Below, piece after piece: positions 1 through 12,837 of a stretch of DNA of 64,000 nt. Under the pieces are notes generated by a model. That model saw nothing but the letters and a program-made list of their open reading frames with translations, searched no databases and was not told where the DNA came from. Origin of the DNA: Eutreptiella sp. 'Long Island Sound 2002' (Eukaryota > Protista > Euglenida); the NCBI GenBank assembly GCA_964036045.1, contig OZ038378.1, forward strand, positions 171,492,001 through 171,556,000. The letters run 5' to 3'. The position numbers and the translations under genes are program-made. The first letter of the stretch is position 1. Every line of letters starts with the position of its first letter.

Positions 1-3000
1 CATGGGTGGAGGTTAAGATGCACCCATACCATGCGCTTACTCACGTGTCTTTCGGTAGTTGTATGTGTTGTGCCTATACTATGGCCTTGTCTAAGCTGCA
101 GCGGGTGTAGGGACCGTTGTAATTCGGGGCTTTTGCGTAGCGGGGTTAGTTGGGACCGTAGCATACATGTAGTGTGCCATAGTGGGCTACGCTGTGTTTG
201 GGGTGATCCTACTGGTCGCGGGCCCCATTCAACCATACAACTTACACCTAGTTGTCGCCTGTACATGGTGGGTGTGGGAGGGGGTAAGGTCAAAGGTCAA
301 CAGGGCGGGTCTCTGCCACTGACCCCAGCTTCTTGTGAGTTCTTACGATTAAAACCTCTGGTGGGGGTGAGTATGGTGCTAGGGGGTTGGGTTTCCAACT
401 GGAGTGGGGTGGGGTCAATAGAGACCCCCAAAACTGATTTGGGAAAAGTTGGGACAAGGGCTCAATTGACAGGATCATTAATCAACCATTATGAATTTTG
501 ACCCCAAAGGCATTGAGCATTGAAAATGGTAAATTTTGTTTTTCACCAAACACGTGGCAAATGATGATTTTTCTGAACCCCCTCGACGCGGTGATCCTAA
601 ATATCCCATTTTCATTTTTTGCCGGGTTTTGGGTCCGGGTCACCTGTGGGGCCTGGGGGTTAGTCTCAGTAGGATTTTGGGGGGGGGGACACCAATTGGA
701 CATTTTTTGGGGGTGGGAGGGGGTTGAGCTAGAGGGCTGTATAGACCCCGCCCTAGTTGAAAGCCTGATATCTGTGATCCCCCCAAAACATTGGAGTCTG
801 TGTCATATCAGCGAGGTGATGTGGGTATGACAAACGACCATGGTTGTAGGTAGAGTGCTACTAACCTTGCTTGTGGGAGGGTTTGAGCCGACGTGGACGG
901 CCCGTGAAACACTCGATGATGATGCTTCTGCGGGGGGTGGCGAGGACCTTATGCCTCAGATGCGGGGGTATCTGGTAGCTAAGTATCCGGTGCTTCATTC
1001 CCCAGTTGAAAGCCTGCCCGGCCTAGCCACAGAGAGAAACAAACGCACCGCGCGCACCGCACGCTCGTTTTTAGTTCGCGTTTTACACATTCGTGGCAGA
1101 TTTTCAGGGTGGCAGGGATGCGGTGGCCTAAGGGGTTAGCATCCAACAACGGAGGCCTTCCCACCAATGTCATCGTGGTTGTAGCTGCCCACACCCCCTG
1201 CCGGGGGGTTGAGCACAAAGAGACCTCCTCGGCACGGCCCACACCAAAGAGGGTGCCCCACAGGGTGCCCAAGCCCGCGGACCATTCGTTTCGACATGTT
1301 TCGCGGTTGGAACCTCACAGGTTGCTCAATTGTGTAAGGTGCCTCTTGGTTGGAGTACTCCTCCTCATTCTCTTCACCCTCCTCCTCAGCAGAAGTAAGG
1401 GATGTGCGCGACGTGGATGACGAGTCCGATGATGATGTGAGTTGTAGTGCAACGGAGCAAAGAGGTGAAGGTAACCAATGGGAAACAAAAAAGGATTCAG
1501 CACCTTGAAATGGGCTCACAACCCCACACCCATCATTGTTAGGGGCGACGGTCTCCAAGTGTGCCTCCCCTTGTGCAAGGAGGTGGGTGATCGCAAATTT
1601 TTGATCTCGTTGCCCTCCCACAAGCTCTACTTATGCTTATACTTATGTGGAGAGTGGTGTTTACAACCTGCTGTGACGAAGTGAAAAAATGGTGTGTTCA
1701 TGAAACAACGTGCACCAAACTGTGTGCACGGCGCGTGCTCACCGCGCGCACCGCGCGTTCGTTTCTCTACTGTGCCATCGTCTTGCTCCTCATACGCACG
1801 CAACCACAGTGAATCCCATAGTCGTCCCTAGGCTGCTGGCCTCATTGGACTGCACTAGGTGTATTTTCCCCCGCCGCAAGTGTTTGCTGTTTGTTGCCAT
1901 TGTTCCAGAGGGGGGGCTCACTGTCCTCTGAGCCCATGCTTGAGCCACCACTGTCACCACTCTGTTGTGGTTCAAGACAGTGAAGACAATGAAGACAATG
2001 TGGTCTTAGAAGATGCTCGAGGGGTACACATGTGAACACCTCGAGCATGTGATTTGCACACATGTGAACTACTTTGATGTGGAGGGCCCCTGAGGGCCCC
2101 CGTATGTTTGGGACCAGGTTGACCACAACCTTGATGACACTTTCATCCAGGCAGTCCATGTATCCTCTAGCAGTTGCCAGTGACCGCCATCGCCTTGAGC
2201 GATGGCATGTGACCTCCCCCATGCACGAGTAGGCCGAGTTTGAACCTCTTGTGTCACCGGCCCAGTAGCAGGGCATCAATAGGGCGAACAATGACCAGTT
2301 GTTTGCTGCATTTAGTTGTGAACCTTGTAGTTTGAGGAGACATTGTAATGATCTTGGCCCCCTTGCGCAGTGATCGCCTTGCACAATGATCAACATCCAC
2401 GGGCTTGTCCAACGGCCACAAAGTTTGCATCATTAGGTGCATGGAAGGTGATGTGCTAAGGTAAGATGAGGGTGCTTTATGCACAAAGCACAAATAAGTG
2501 CATAGCAAGTTAGACATGTACATGCAGGAAAGTCAAGCAGGGGTGTACACGTGACAAAACTGCAATGTGTGTGAAGCCCAAGGTGGCGACCTTTGCCGGA
2601 CATGCCAACAGCCACCGCATCAACCAGCGCCTGTTTGCTCGAAACATTGTCCAATCACCACCTGCCGGTCAAATGGTGAAACGTCGATGGTGGTTGTGCA
2701 AGAAGGGGGTGGTGTACAAGGCTAGCATTGACTGGATGCCCCAAACAATCGGGTCCTCCAAGCCTGGCCACCGTGCCCCCGCAACCCTTGTTGGGATACC
2801 AACACCTTGGGATACCAATACTTGTTGGGATACATGCTCCTACTGCGCTTTGGGAGGTGCTCATATTGGCGTCAAGGTCTCTTTGTCCCTCACATTCCCC
2901 TTTGCCACGTTCCGTGCTCTCCTCTCATGAGCCGGACTAGCCCACCAATAGTAAGTGCCAATTTTGCTTCTTTGTGTCGTTCTCATCTTCCCTCATGCTG

Positions 3001-3998
3001 CATGCATATCACACCCAAAATAGAAAACAGGACAATCGTTTGTGGTCCGCTTGTGCTAACTTGCAAAGTTCACTCCGAGAATTCCAGAAAATTTTGAAAG
3101 AACAAGTCCAAGAGCATTCAAGTATTATGGGCTTGGTAGGAATGGCCTGAGTATTGATTGGACCCTTTGCTGGTGGCACATGATGGTCACAGGGTTGTTG
3201 GGGTTGTTTGGTGAGGGGGTTTGGAAGGGTGGCAGTTCAGAGGCTTTTTTGAAGTAGTTGCAAAAGTGGCATGCAGTGGGTGCGCAATGTAGGATCCTCC
3301 CTAAAGGTGGGCGGGTACATGGGGGCAGAGATTCTTGTGTATGCCGGATGTTTGTTTGGCGGTGTGGGGGTTGCTGGCTTTGTGTACAAGGGGGAAGCAG
3401 CGTTGGAGGATAAATCCTAGGGATCATGTGTACACCAATGAATTTTTTGCTGTCTTTGATTAGATGTTTCACTGTAGGCCATGGTTTGGCAAATTCACTC
3501 ACAAATCATCAACTTGAGCTACCTCTTCAAAAGAAAAACCAAAAGAAAAGTCACCTGAGGAAATCACCTCGAATTTCGTTTCAAAATGGGAAGGGAACAG
3601 GGAACATGGACCACAGAGCGACAAATCATACTTGTCACCCCCCGTTGCATATAGTTAAGTGAATTCAGTTGCCATGGCCTTTTTTTTCCTTTTTGATTGT
3701 GCCCGGGTAGGGCACCCACTATTTTTGGCTGGTTGTAGGCACAACGATGGGTTTCAGCTTGGCATGAGGCGGTGACATTCACAGAGGTTCCTCAATACTG
3801 TCACCTGTAGGACAGCTTAAAGTTACAGGACACAAAATTTTGAGTTAGGCTGGCTCAGGGCCGTCCTTAAGGGACGAGATTTTTTTTTTCTTTTTTCTAT
3901 TAAGGACAGCCCTTAAGGACAGCCCCTAGAGGCCTTTTTGCCCCGGCCGAACGTGGGCCATGTCTACCCCCCCGGCCCTCTTTTGGGCACCACCTTGG

Positions 3999-4278
3999 CC
4001 ACTTCTGATTTTGCCCCCCGCTTTGCAGCGGTGGGGATCCCCGATACGGCAGGGGTGAGGTAGCCACTTTGCCCACTTGTGGGCCACTTCTGATTTTGCC
4101 CCCCGCTTTGAAGCGGTGGGGATCCCCGATACGGCAGGGGTGAGGTAGCCATTTTGCCCACTTGTGGGCCACTTCTGATTTTGCCCCCCGCTTTGAAGCG
4201 GTGGGGATCCCCGATACGGCAGGGGTGAGGTAGCCACTTTGCCCACTTGTGGGCCACTTCTGATTTTGCCCCCCGCTC
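3999..4278. repeat. 85-bp tandem repeat, ~3.3 copies
   Basis: Seen: CCACTTCTGATTTTGCCCCCCGC starts at 3999, 4084, 4169 and 4254, with units nearly identical. Confidence 0.95.
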
Positions 4279-5065
4279 TCATCAAGGGTAGCCGGATGAA
4301 GTTTCTTCGCAGTTTGATTGAGGACGTGCAGACACGATTCAAGCGAGCTGAGTGGGATGGTAGTGCTAACCTGGAGGTTTGGTTTGAGGCAAGCTCGTGT
4401 TCGTATGAGAGAGAGCTTTTAGCTACGTGACGGCTACGGACTTTGGCCAAACCACGGAGCGCATGTGTGAGACGCTGTGGGTAAGGTGCAATGGGGAGGC
4501 ACCAGAGGATTGGGGGCCCTTTGAGGTTTTTGAGGACCTTCGCAAGACCCCTTTCCGCCCGCGCAAACGGAAGCAAGGGCATGCGGTTGAGGTGGAAGAT
4601 GGTGGTTTGCTTGGGTCTGCGGCTTTCAAGGATTTGGCAGTTTCTTTGGAAGAGGATGGTCAGGCAGAGGTTCCGTTGGACATTCGAGATTTGTGGGTTG
4701 TCCCCACGAGGGCGACACGTGACGCCGACATTGGCGATGTGTATGGGGTTGAGTTGGAGGGTAAGGACGAAGACAGTGAGGACGAGGATTTGGAGCAGGC
4801 AGGTGCAGTTGCCAGTAGCTCCTCTCCTGACCTTCGTAACCCCTCAGCTGTCCCCTCCACCGATTCTAACCCTGCCGCGCAGTTGGTGTTTAGGTATGAT
4901 GTGGATGAGGCGGTGTTGAAGGCAATGGAGAGGGGGAGGTTGCATGAGTGGACTAAGGTTGAGTTTAAGGCCATTTGTAGGAAGCATGGTTTGAGTGTGG
5001 GCGGGGGGAAGGGTGAGCTTATGGAGCGTGTCAGGGTGCACTTCCAGAGGTTGTACCAGCAGTAG
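4279..5065 (+). pseudogene. C-terminal remnant of a hAT-like transposase with an acidic linker and C-terminal SAP domain
   Basis: Seen: removing one GA from the (GA)n run at ~4406-4414 gives SSCSYERAFSYV, matching the hAT dimerisation-domain SxxxERxFS motif. The C-terminus LHEWTKVEFKAICRKHGLSVGGGKGELMERVRVH (4940-5045) fits the SAP pattern. Assignment by eye. Confidence 0.65.
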
Positions 5066-5631
5066 GGAGTTTGTTTTCAGCTGTGCCACCGGCGATGGAA
5101 CATTCGGGTGGTCGAACGCTGCATCACTGTATTTGATCAGAAAAAGTATTGCTCTTGTTCATGTTGAATTGTGCAGGGTGTGAGGTAGGGTTCTGATTCT
5201 ATCATGCAACACATGTGGGGCTAGGATCATATGGTTGTGTGCTGAGACCAATTTGGGGCTAGGGACTCATGGTTGAACAATTGGGAACACCGGGGTGAAG
5301 ACATGCACTGTCCGCGGGCTCTTTTGAAATTACCTGGTTCTGGACGGACTTTTTTTTTTTTTTTGCGTTAAGGACAGCCCTGGGCTGGCTGTTCAGCAGC
5401 ATAGATCCCACATTGCCGTTTGTGTCGTCTGGCGCATCTTGTGTCCAAGTGTGCTTTCGATAGTCCCGGAGCAGACAGCAGTACAGGCACATGTGCTGGA
5501 TCTGCACAATGGGAATCGTCCGGTGTGTGCACCGTGGAGGAAGTCCCACATAGATCCCACATTGATATGCTCAACAAGCATGACATGCAAGTAGAGACTT
5601 ATTGCACCTGACACAACTGGATTGCAGGTGG

Positions 5632-8082
5632 AGGAACTGCCATACAAAAAAGCGTCCCAAAGCGCAAATTGCACTGACACTGAGCGCACCATGAAATCAA
5701 CACATATGAAAACAGCAGGTGACATGACAACGACACCTGCATCTGGCTCCCTGTTTCTTTTCTTCAGGCCCTATCACTATGCAATGGCCAAGAACTACAC
5801 CAGTTACAACCTGACTCTTGGACTATTGGTGACGATAGCCCTGTTTCTTTTGTTTCATGCCTCTACGGTACCCACAGGTATGCCCTGTGTTTTGCTCTTT
5901 GCGTCTCATGCAAACTCATTCTTCCAATAAGCATAAATTTCAGTGCACTGGGTCATGACCCTCTTGCCCTGGTAGACTCACCAAAATTTTGGGAAGGGAC
6001 TGTTGCCAGTCCCTGAATGTTTGACTGCGTGTGTGCTTGTAGTAGGGCCAGGTAGAGTGGGAACTTGAAACTGGACCCAAATGTACGTGCAGACCCCATT
6101 GTCTCTTGCTTTTCCATTTCATGCCCGGGTGGGATGACCCACAAAGGGAGCAATTGGCGGAGTGTGTGTGCGGTGCAACTATTAGAGCTTGCACAGTAGG
6201 GTGGGCTGGTCACACCACTAGACTGAAGATGACACTAGGCCCTGTGATGCATGATGTTGAGGTTCAAACATTTTGAGTGTATTGGGGGTCCAGGTCACAG
6301 CCCCCACAGGGGGGTGGGGATTTCGTGGGGTGATAATTTCATGGGAAATTTTCGTCTTTAAGGAAGGTGGCGAAAGTTTCCCTTGGCGAAATTTAGGGGT
6401 GTCGGCGCTGTGCAGGGTCTTTTGATGTCCTTGAGCCGTCCGTTTATTGCGATGGTGCACGAAATCTGCAGGCCCCGCACCTGTGAGTGCTGGCGCAGAG
6501 AGACCTCGTTTTAAGAGCATTCACAAAGTATAAAACACATATTGCGGGAATTCTTTGGCTGACAGCTGAGATACTGTCTGGCCATCGGTGTATTTTTGGG
6601 GTTGTGCATGCTGTGGGTAACCCAACTGGAGCACATCATTTTGTGGCTTCACGATTGAACTCCCTGCTGCCTTGGCAATATCAAAAACAGGGGTCACAGG
6701 CCCACATCAGCTATCCGCGCACTGTCACCACTGCTGTCACTACCACTACTATGGGGGAGGTATGGCGCGCGGTGTGCGCGGTGCGATGCGCGGTGCGCGG
6801 TCTTTTGGGTAGTGCGGCTGACTCTTTCCCCATAATTCCCCCTTCTGCTTTTTCTCAGCACCTCACCGGCCCTGTAGCACCCCCCCTCCAGTGAGCCCGT
6901 CTGCCGTGGCTGCGGGATAGGGCGCCAAGCCAGGTTGCGATGGCTGTCGCGATGGTGGACAATAGCCACGGGTGCCTCAACCCCTCCCCTGTAGGGAAAG
7001 CCACAAGCCACAATCAGAGGCACAAATGTTTTCCGCGGAAGCGCACGTAGGGCAAGGGGGCGGGGGTTTGTGCATTATTTGCAGTGTGTGCCAAGTAGTA
7101 AGTACCTCCCCCTATGGCAGGGTTCCTGAGTTTTTTTGGGGGGTTTGGTTAGTTGGGCAGTTGCCATTTTGGTGCACTTTGTATGCAAAAAACAGCCTTT
7201 GGCATGGTGATAGGACCTTCGAAACAAGCTCACTTTAGGGTACATTGAGCTTCTGAGTGTCCGGTCATCACATCAAACGGAGCTTGCAATCTGTGCAGGG
7301 TGCAAAATGCCGTCCTTTGCACCCACCATGAAAATGCCTTTGCATGCCACAGCTGCTGCACGTGTCACAGGAGAAGCATTAAGACAGGAGTTTTTCCAGG
7401 TAGTATCACAGATGTCTTTGAAAGTTTGGTCAAGATTGTAGGTGGTTCAGAACGGCAATGTTTATCTGTTTTTCTTTTTTTCTGCTTTGTCTTTGTGCGC
7501 AGTATTAGTGATGGTGGCTGGAGTTTGGGGATTTTCTTAGAGTATGCTTTGGTACCCGAATTCTGAGAGGATGTCCAAAAGTTGTGTTGGGTACACCAAC
7601 ACAAGAGCATCATTCTGAAGAACTGGAAGACATAGGTGGATTGTGGTCTGACACAAATATGAAAGGTGCAATGGTGCACTGTGTGTTGTGGCCCCTGAGG
7701 ATCACGTGAGTCAATGGGACGTCAGGATTGCAGGAGATCCAATGATGCAAGCTTCCCGTTTCCATGTCTTGTCTGCAGGAGTGTCAGTCGAAGTCAACAT
7801 CTCAAATAATGGTGCTCATGCTGACGATGGCCCTTACATGGCACTACATCCCGATGCATCCAGGGGACCACCGAAAGGACCAGCAATGAACCCCACAAAG
7901 TAGTTGGCCCTCTGCTTTAATCTAAGTGAGTGCTGCCCTCTGATGTTCCTGCAACCCTAACACAGATGCAGGTGTCGTTTTGATATCACATGCTGTTTTC
8001 ACATGTGAAAATGGCAGTCTGGGTGTGCTCAGTGTCAGTGCAATTCGCGCTTTTGAGATGCTTTTTGGTGTGGCAGTTCCAC
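5632..8082. repeat. Pair of ~115-bp diverged inverted repeats (5632-5746 and 7963-8082)
   Basis: Seen: GGAACTGCC...GCGCAAATTGCACTGACACTGAGC...TGAAAACAGCA...ACGACACCTGCATCTG at the left and its reverse complement at the right. No TSD found. Confidence 0.7.
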
Positions 8083-10761
8083 ATTTTAGCTATGTTGAGC
8101 CCCCAAATCCAAGGCTCAAAAATGGGTCAGTTCGGGAGTGAAACAGGGCCAAAAGGGCTCCAAAATGCATTCTTCCAAAAGTGAAGACCACTTGGGATGC
8201 TCATGCAAGCATTTTTGGGCTATTTTAACCCATTCTTTTCACCCTTTTCACCCATGCATTGGCATATCCCATGCGCACCATATATTGCAGCCATCCCCAC
8301 ATTACCCGGTGGGGGCACAAATGCAGGCATAGACAAGGACAAAGACTAGGGCGCAGCCAAGGCGCGTAGTTTGGTGTTTGTGGAGTGCATTGTTCATTTT
8401 CTTCAATGTTGGTGTCCTCACCAGCACATCCCTGGTATATTCAGTGATGGTACAAAATGTTTGGTGAACCATGCCAAGACAAAATTATGGAGGTGGCACA
8501 CAGAGTTTGTCAAAGATTATAACGTTCTCGGGAACAGAGTTCCAATCAATTTGCAAGTTTCCTTGGATAGTACGTCTTAACAGTAGCACATAGCACGTGT
8601 GCGATGCAAATGCACAAGGGTTTGTATCACTGTCAGCAATTTGAAGCGGAGGGCATTTCAGGGTTTACAGGGATCATGTTGAAAATAATGCTGCATTTCT
8701 TTCACCGCTGAGGCTATGCAAAGGTTGTCATGGGACATGTATAAAAATGGGCTAAATCTTGCCCACAGTGGGGAGGAGACGTGGCTTCATATCCTTTGCC
8801 GCATTAGGTTCTCACTAGCTACCTAGTGAAGGTCAAGGGATTGGGCACGTATATTCACCATGGTGGCGCCATAAATTAGTAATGTGGTCGCTCACTACCA
8901 ATCAAAGTTGATTACAAATGTGATGTTGAATGTTTCTGCCCTGTAAAGGGTGGTTTAGGAGGGTTGTGTGGTGACAATCCACACTCATTTAGAGTGTTAT
9001 GTACATTTACATGTCATGTACATTTTGTACGAGTGTTATGTACATTTTGTGCACAATACAAGAAGACTCTTCCATTCTTCTTATCATACGTCTTTTTGTA
9101 CATGTGTGCCTTATGAGCTTTGATGGACCCATAAAGGAATCTTTGTCATGTATCCCATGTGTGGAGCAATCAATGAAACATGCAAGCTGACCCAATGCCA
9201 TTGAAGCAAGTGGGATTCTCCCATTTGCTCAACATGAGCCGAGAGATACTCAAGTTACCCCATAAAGGTGTCTGCCTAAATTTGTGAGGATAATGGTCCC
9301 TAGCGGATCAATCGTGCTTGTTGTGTGTGTTGAATGTTTCCTGACCTGAGGGAAGGTGGGCAATGACTGTGCACAATAAGGGTGTTCAGAGGCTGGTCTG
9401 TGGGGGGCATTCGGAAGGGTGCAATTTTGGGCTTTCTTGGATAGTGTGTGTTAAAAGTAGCACGCACTGAGGACTCTGCGGGGATTCCCCCATGTCAGAC
9501 AGCACACGTGGTGAATGGTGTATGCCTACGCATTGCTGTCCAGGGGCGTTTTGCACGCTGTGCCGGCGCTGTGCCCGCGCTATGCACAAAGTTTGTACAG
9601 GACCATGCCCAACCTGCATAGTAGTGCCTAGTACCTGTAACAATGAGCCTTGTTATGCATTTATATGAGTTGCATGCATGCTTTGCCCTCATTTCTAGTG
9701 CATTGGTATGTGTTGTTGTGCATCCTTTCCTATAGGTTGGTGGTATCTTTTTCAAGATTCGCCCAATGCCTATCCAGTGGCTCTACTGTAAGTTACTGTT
9801 AGTTCTGATTTGTCCTCCTCATCAGCCGGCATCACAGAAATCCCATCGCGAAGCAAGAAGTATTGCCGTGTGGCTGTACATAGCCGAAAGGAGGTTGTGG
9901 ATGTGGACGCCATGTCGAGTGATGCATGTCCTGTACGTATGCTAAGCGAAGGGGAGTACGGCGTTCACACTTCGAGTTAAGGACAAATTTTATTCTTGCC
10001 TTTTTTTGCATGTGTCTTTGCTGTGGCTGGGTACACTGGCATCTCTTATGTTGGGGGTGGGGTGAAACATCAGGCTGTCCAACGTTGTGGGGGTGTAGTA
10101 CGGTTTGTATTGCCAATTGTAGCAAAAACCCCCAATTTCTTCCTGTCATGTGCGCGCTGTGCCCGCGCTGTGCATGCGCTGTGCACACACGCCCCCTATT
10201 GGTGTCAACAGTGGCTTTGATATTTCTTTCAGGAGTGCCATTCTCAGGTGTCTCAGCACCTGAAGCGCAGCAGTGTGAAGCAGGCTGTTGCACAGGAGTT
10301 TGGAGTGCATCAACAGTGTAGAGCAAGGCCCAGTTTGCATGGTCAACATGCTCAGGCAGAAATGATCTGCCAACCCAGGATTACACCGGGCAGGGCAAAA
10401 TGGGTGCAAGGGCAGTGCGCAGCGAATCTAACATGCAGGCAGGCAAGGCAAGTTGAGCACAGGAATGGGGTGGGAAAAGCGGGTGGATACAGTGCCAGAA
10501 CTATTGTAGATTTTGATGTGACGCAATCCCCTCATACCCATGACTTGTGGCAAGAAGGTACACTGTGGCTTGTTTGCGTTGTAGTGAGATAGTGCTGGGA
10601 AGCCGCCAGAAGCCGTTTTCTTGGCGTCTCAACTCGCTACCACAGAAGACGTCGTGCATGGATGGTTCAGCCGGAGGGGTGTATCTACGGGTCCCACATA
10701 CCCCCAGGTGTGCTGTGGTGTACATTGTGTTTTGTGCAGCCATTCATGTCTCAGACAGAAC

Positions 10762-11003
10762 CAGGCCTTTGCTTAGTGGCTGGTTGATACTATACCGGGG
10801 GGGGGGCTGGGTGGGTGGGTCAGAGGCCAAAAAAAATTTTGTGTACCTAAAATCGACCTCCAAGTTCGAGCCCCTTTGATAAATTTCATTTTTTTCCTGA
10901 GGAAAAATTTTCTGATGTGGCTGGGTGGGTGGGTGGGTCAGCCAAAATCCCGGGGGGCCAATTTGACCCCCCCCCCCCCCCAGTATCCCTAAGCAAAGGC
11001 CTG
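10762..11003. mobile_element. hAT-type MITE, 242 bp
   Basis: Seen: perfect 15-bp TIR CAGGCCTTTGCTTAG / CTAAGCAAAGGCCTG and 8-bp TSD GACAGAAC at 10754-10761 and 11004-11011. Confidence 0.9.
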
Positions 11004-11559
11004 GACAGAACCTAGATTCAGGGACATCAAGTCATGCACAGTGGGAATCATCTGACCCCAAAATCGTTCCGACCAGGTTGGCTGGGTGCGGTTGGAGGGC
11101 GTTTCGTTTCTGGGAGGGACATTTCTAGGAAGGGTAAAAAGGACTTTCTGACTTAATAATCCCCCAGGAATTTTGGTTGTTGTTGAGAAATCTCAATAAA
11201 ACTTTTGGCAAAAGCCAGTGGTAGCACAACACCGCTAGTTGGAGAGCACTGTGTAATTATAAACGGCATATGTGTACTAATGTACCCACCAGGGTGCAGG
11301 GTCACCAGGTGGGCTGTGGGAGGGAAGTAGGGACCCCCCCCCCCTATTTTGGGGTTGGGAAACACAAAAAAACATGTTTTAGAAGTGAATTGGATGGTTA
11401 TTAGTGGGTATTTGCCCCTAGAAAGGGTTCACGATGGCAAAAAATAGGGTATGACGTCACTACTAGTAATATCCTAACCAAAGTACTGATATTTGGGGTG
11501 GAAAGGGCTTGTAATAGGGGTTTGGACCACAAATTTACCTATGGGTGAGAAGACGGCAA

Positions 11560-12410
11560 ATGGCATGGACCTGTGGTCGATCAAGCTGCTGAAGTGGCTA
11601 CCAATGCTGCACTGGGAAAAGCTGGCGCAACTTCTACGAGCAGTGGAAACAACGGGTGTCTGGCCACACAGGATAGATGAAGGCTTCACGTCGCTAGTGC
11701 CAAAAGGTGAAGGGGGCGGAGACCCCATGAAACTGAGTTCACACAAGCAACAACACAAGATCAAAATCACCTTTTCGCAGAACTGCAGCAGAGATACAGG
11801 GGGGGTTGTGAACTATTATCTGCCCAGAAAAACAGGGGCAGACAGGAGACCTTTGACCGTCTTGTCGCAAGTGTACCGCATATGGGCAGGACTGCGTATG
11901 GAAGATGTGCTGGAGTGGCAAGAGCAATGGGCACACGAGGAATCGTACGCCTTCCGCCCCCACCGAGGGTCCATGGACGCTGCAGTGCTCATGTAGCTTG
12001 TGGAGCTGTCCCAGGCCCCGAAAGCCCCGCTGGTAGGGGCGGGCACAGATTATGCCAGATGCTTCGACTTAATCCCAAAAGCCATATCCATCGCCATGCT
12101 GGACCTCATGGGAATGGAACGCGGGGTGTTGAATGCTTTCCACGGAATGTACACGCAGCTACAACGCAAATTCAAGATCAAGGGATGCCTGGGGCCCTGG
12201 TGGCAGGCCACCAATGGCATCTTGCAGGGGTTCCCCCTGAGTGTCATAGTTATAAATGCGTTAACAACCACTTGGAAGCGCATGATAGACGACATCAAGA
12301 AACCGGTGGTGGTAGCCACAAAAGGATTGCCGTCGCAGCCGAAAGAGCCGGAGACACCATCGTGCTGGTGGAACAGTGTGGGAGCAGGAGCCGACCAAGC
12401 GTGGATATTG
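11560..12410 (+). mobile_element. Non-LTR retrotransposon reverse transcriptase fragment, N-terminal half, decayed
   Basis: Seen: TSLVPKG...RPLTVLSQVYRIWA, YAFRPHRGSMDAA, GTDYARCFDLIP and NGILQGFPLSVIVIN, matching LINE RT domains 1-4. In-frame TAG at 11994-11996. Truncated before YADD. Confidence 0.85.
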
Positions 12411-12574
12411 CAATGTGAGGTGCCCCCGGGGGGGGGGGCGACTCCGCGGGTCCTTGGACGCCAACTCCCCCCCCCCCCCCCCCAAGGGGCCTCCGGCCGA
12501 CAGTTAGTTGTCAAAGGTATGAGCCCAAGGAGCCAACGGGCGCCAAAGGCGCCCCGGCGCCAAAGGCGCCCAAT

Positions 12575-12792
12575 GGGGTTATGTAGCCACCTTGCCCACT
12601 TGTGGGCCTTTTTCTGATTCTGCCCCCCGCTCTGAGGCGGTGGGGATCCCCTAGGCGGCAGGGGTTATGTAGCCACCTTGCCCACAAGTGGGCCAATTCT
12701 GATTCCGCCCCCCCGCTCTATAGCGGTGGGGATCCCCGAGACGGCAGGGGTGACGTAGCCACTTTGCCCACAAGTGGGCCAATTCTGATTTT
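12575..12792. repeat. 85-bp-family tandem repeat, ~2.5 diverged copies
   Basis: Seen: same unit as 3999-4278 (GTAGCCACYTTGCCCACWWGTGGGCC...CTGATT..GCCCCCCGC...GCGGTGGGGATCCCC). Confidence 0.9.
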
Positions 12793-12837
12793 GGGGGCGC
12801 CTCAAGCGCAGTGCGCGCGCAGTGCAACTATTTGGGC

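Larger units (their letters stand above)
3856..5382 (+). mobile_element. hAT-type non-autonomous (internally deleted) DNA transposon, 1527 bp
   Basis: Seen: TIRs CAGGGCCGTCCTTAA (3856-3870) and TTAAGGACAGCCCTG (5368-5382), 1 mismatch. 8-bp TSD GGCTGGCT at 3848-3855 and 5383-5390. Extra TAAGGACAGCCC copies at ~3901 and ~3913. Established: CAG-starting TIRs with an 8-bp TSD are typical of hAT elements. Confidence 0.85.

Noticed and set aside
1136-3502. Fragmentary ORFs with acidic and Cys-rich stretches in the first 3.5 kb
   Set aside because: They may be decayed mobile-element coding sequence, but no motif could be identified with confidence.
3999-4278. 85-bp and 53-bp arrays as CRISPR arrays
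   Set aside because: Spacers are identical within each array, there are no cas genes and the context is eukaryotic. These are minisatellites.
3900-4582. Minus-strand ORFs 3900-4172, 3926-4582 and 3964-4257
   Set aside because: By-products of the 85-bp repeat cycling through frames.
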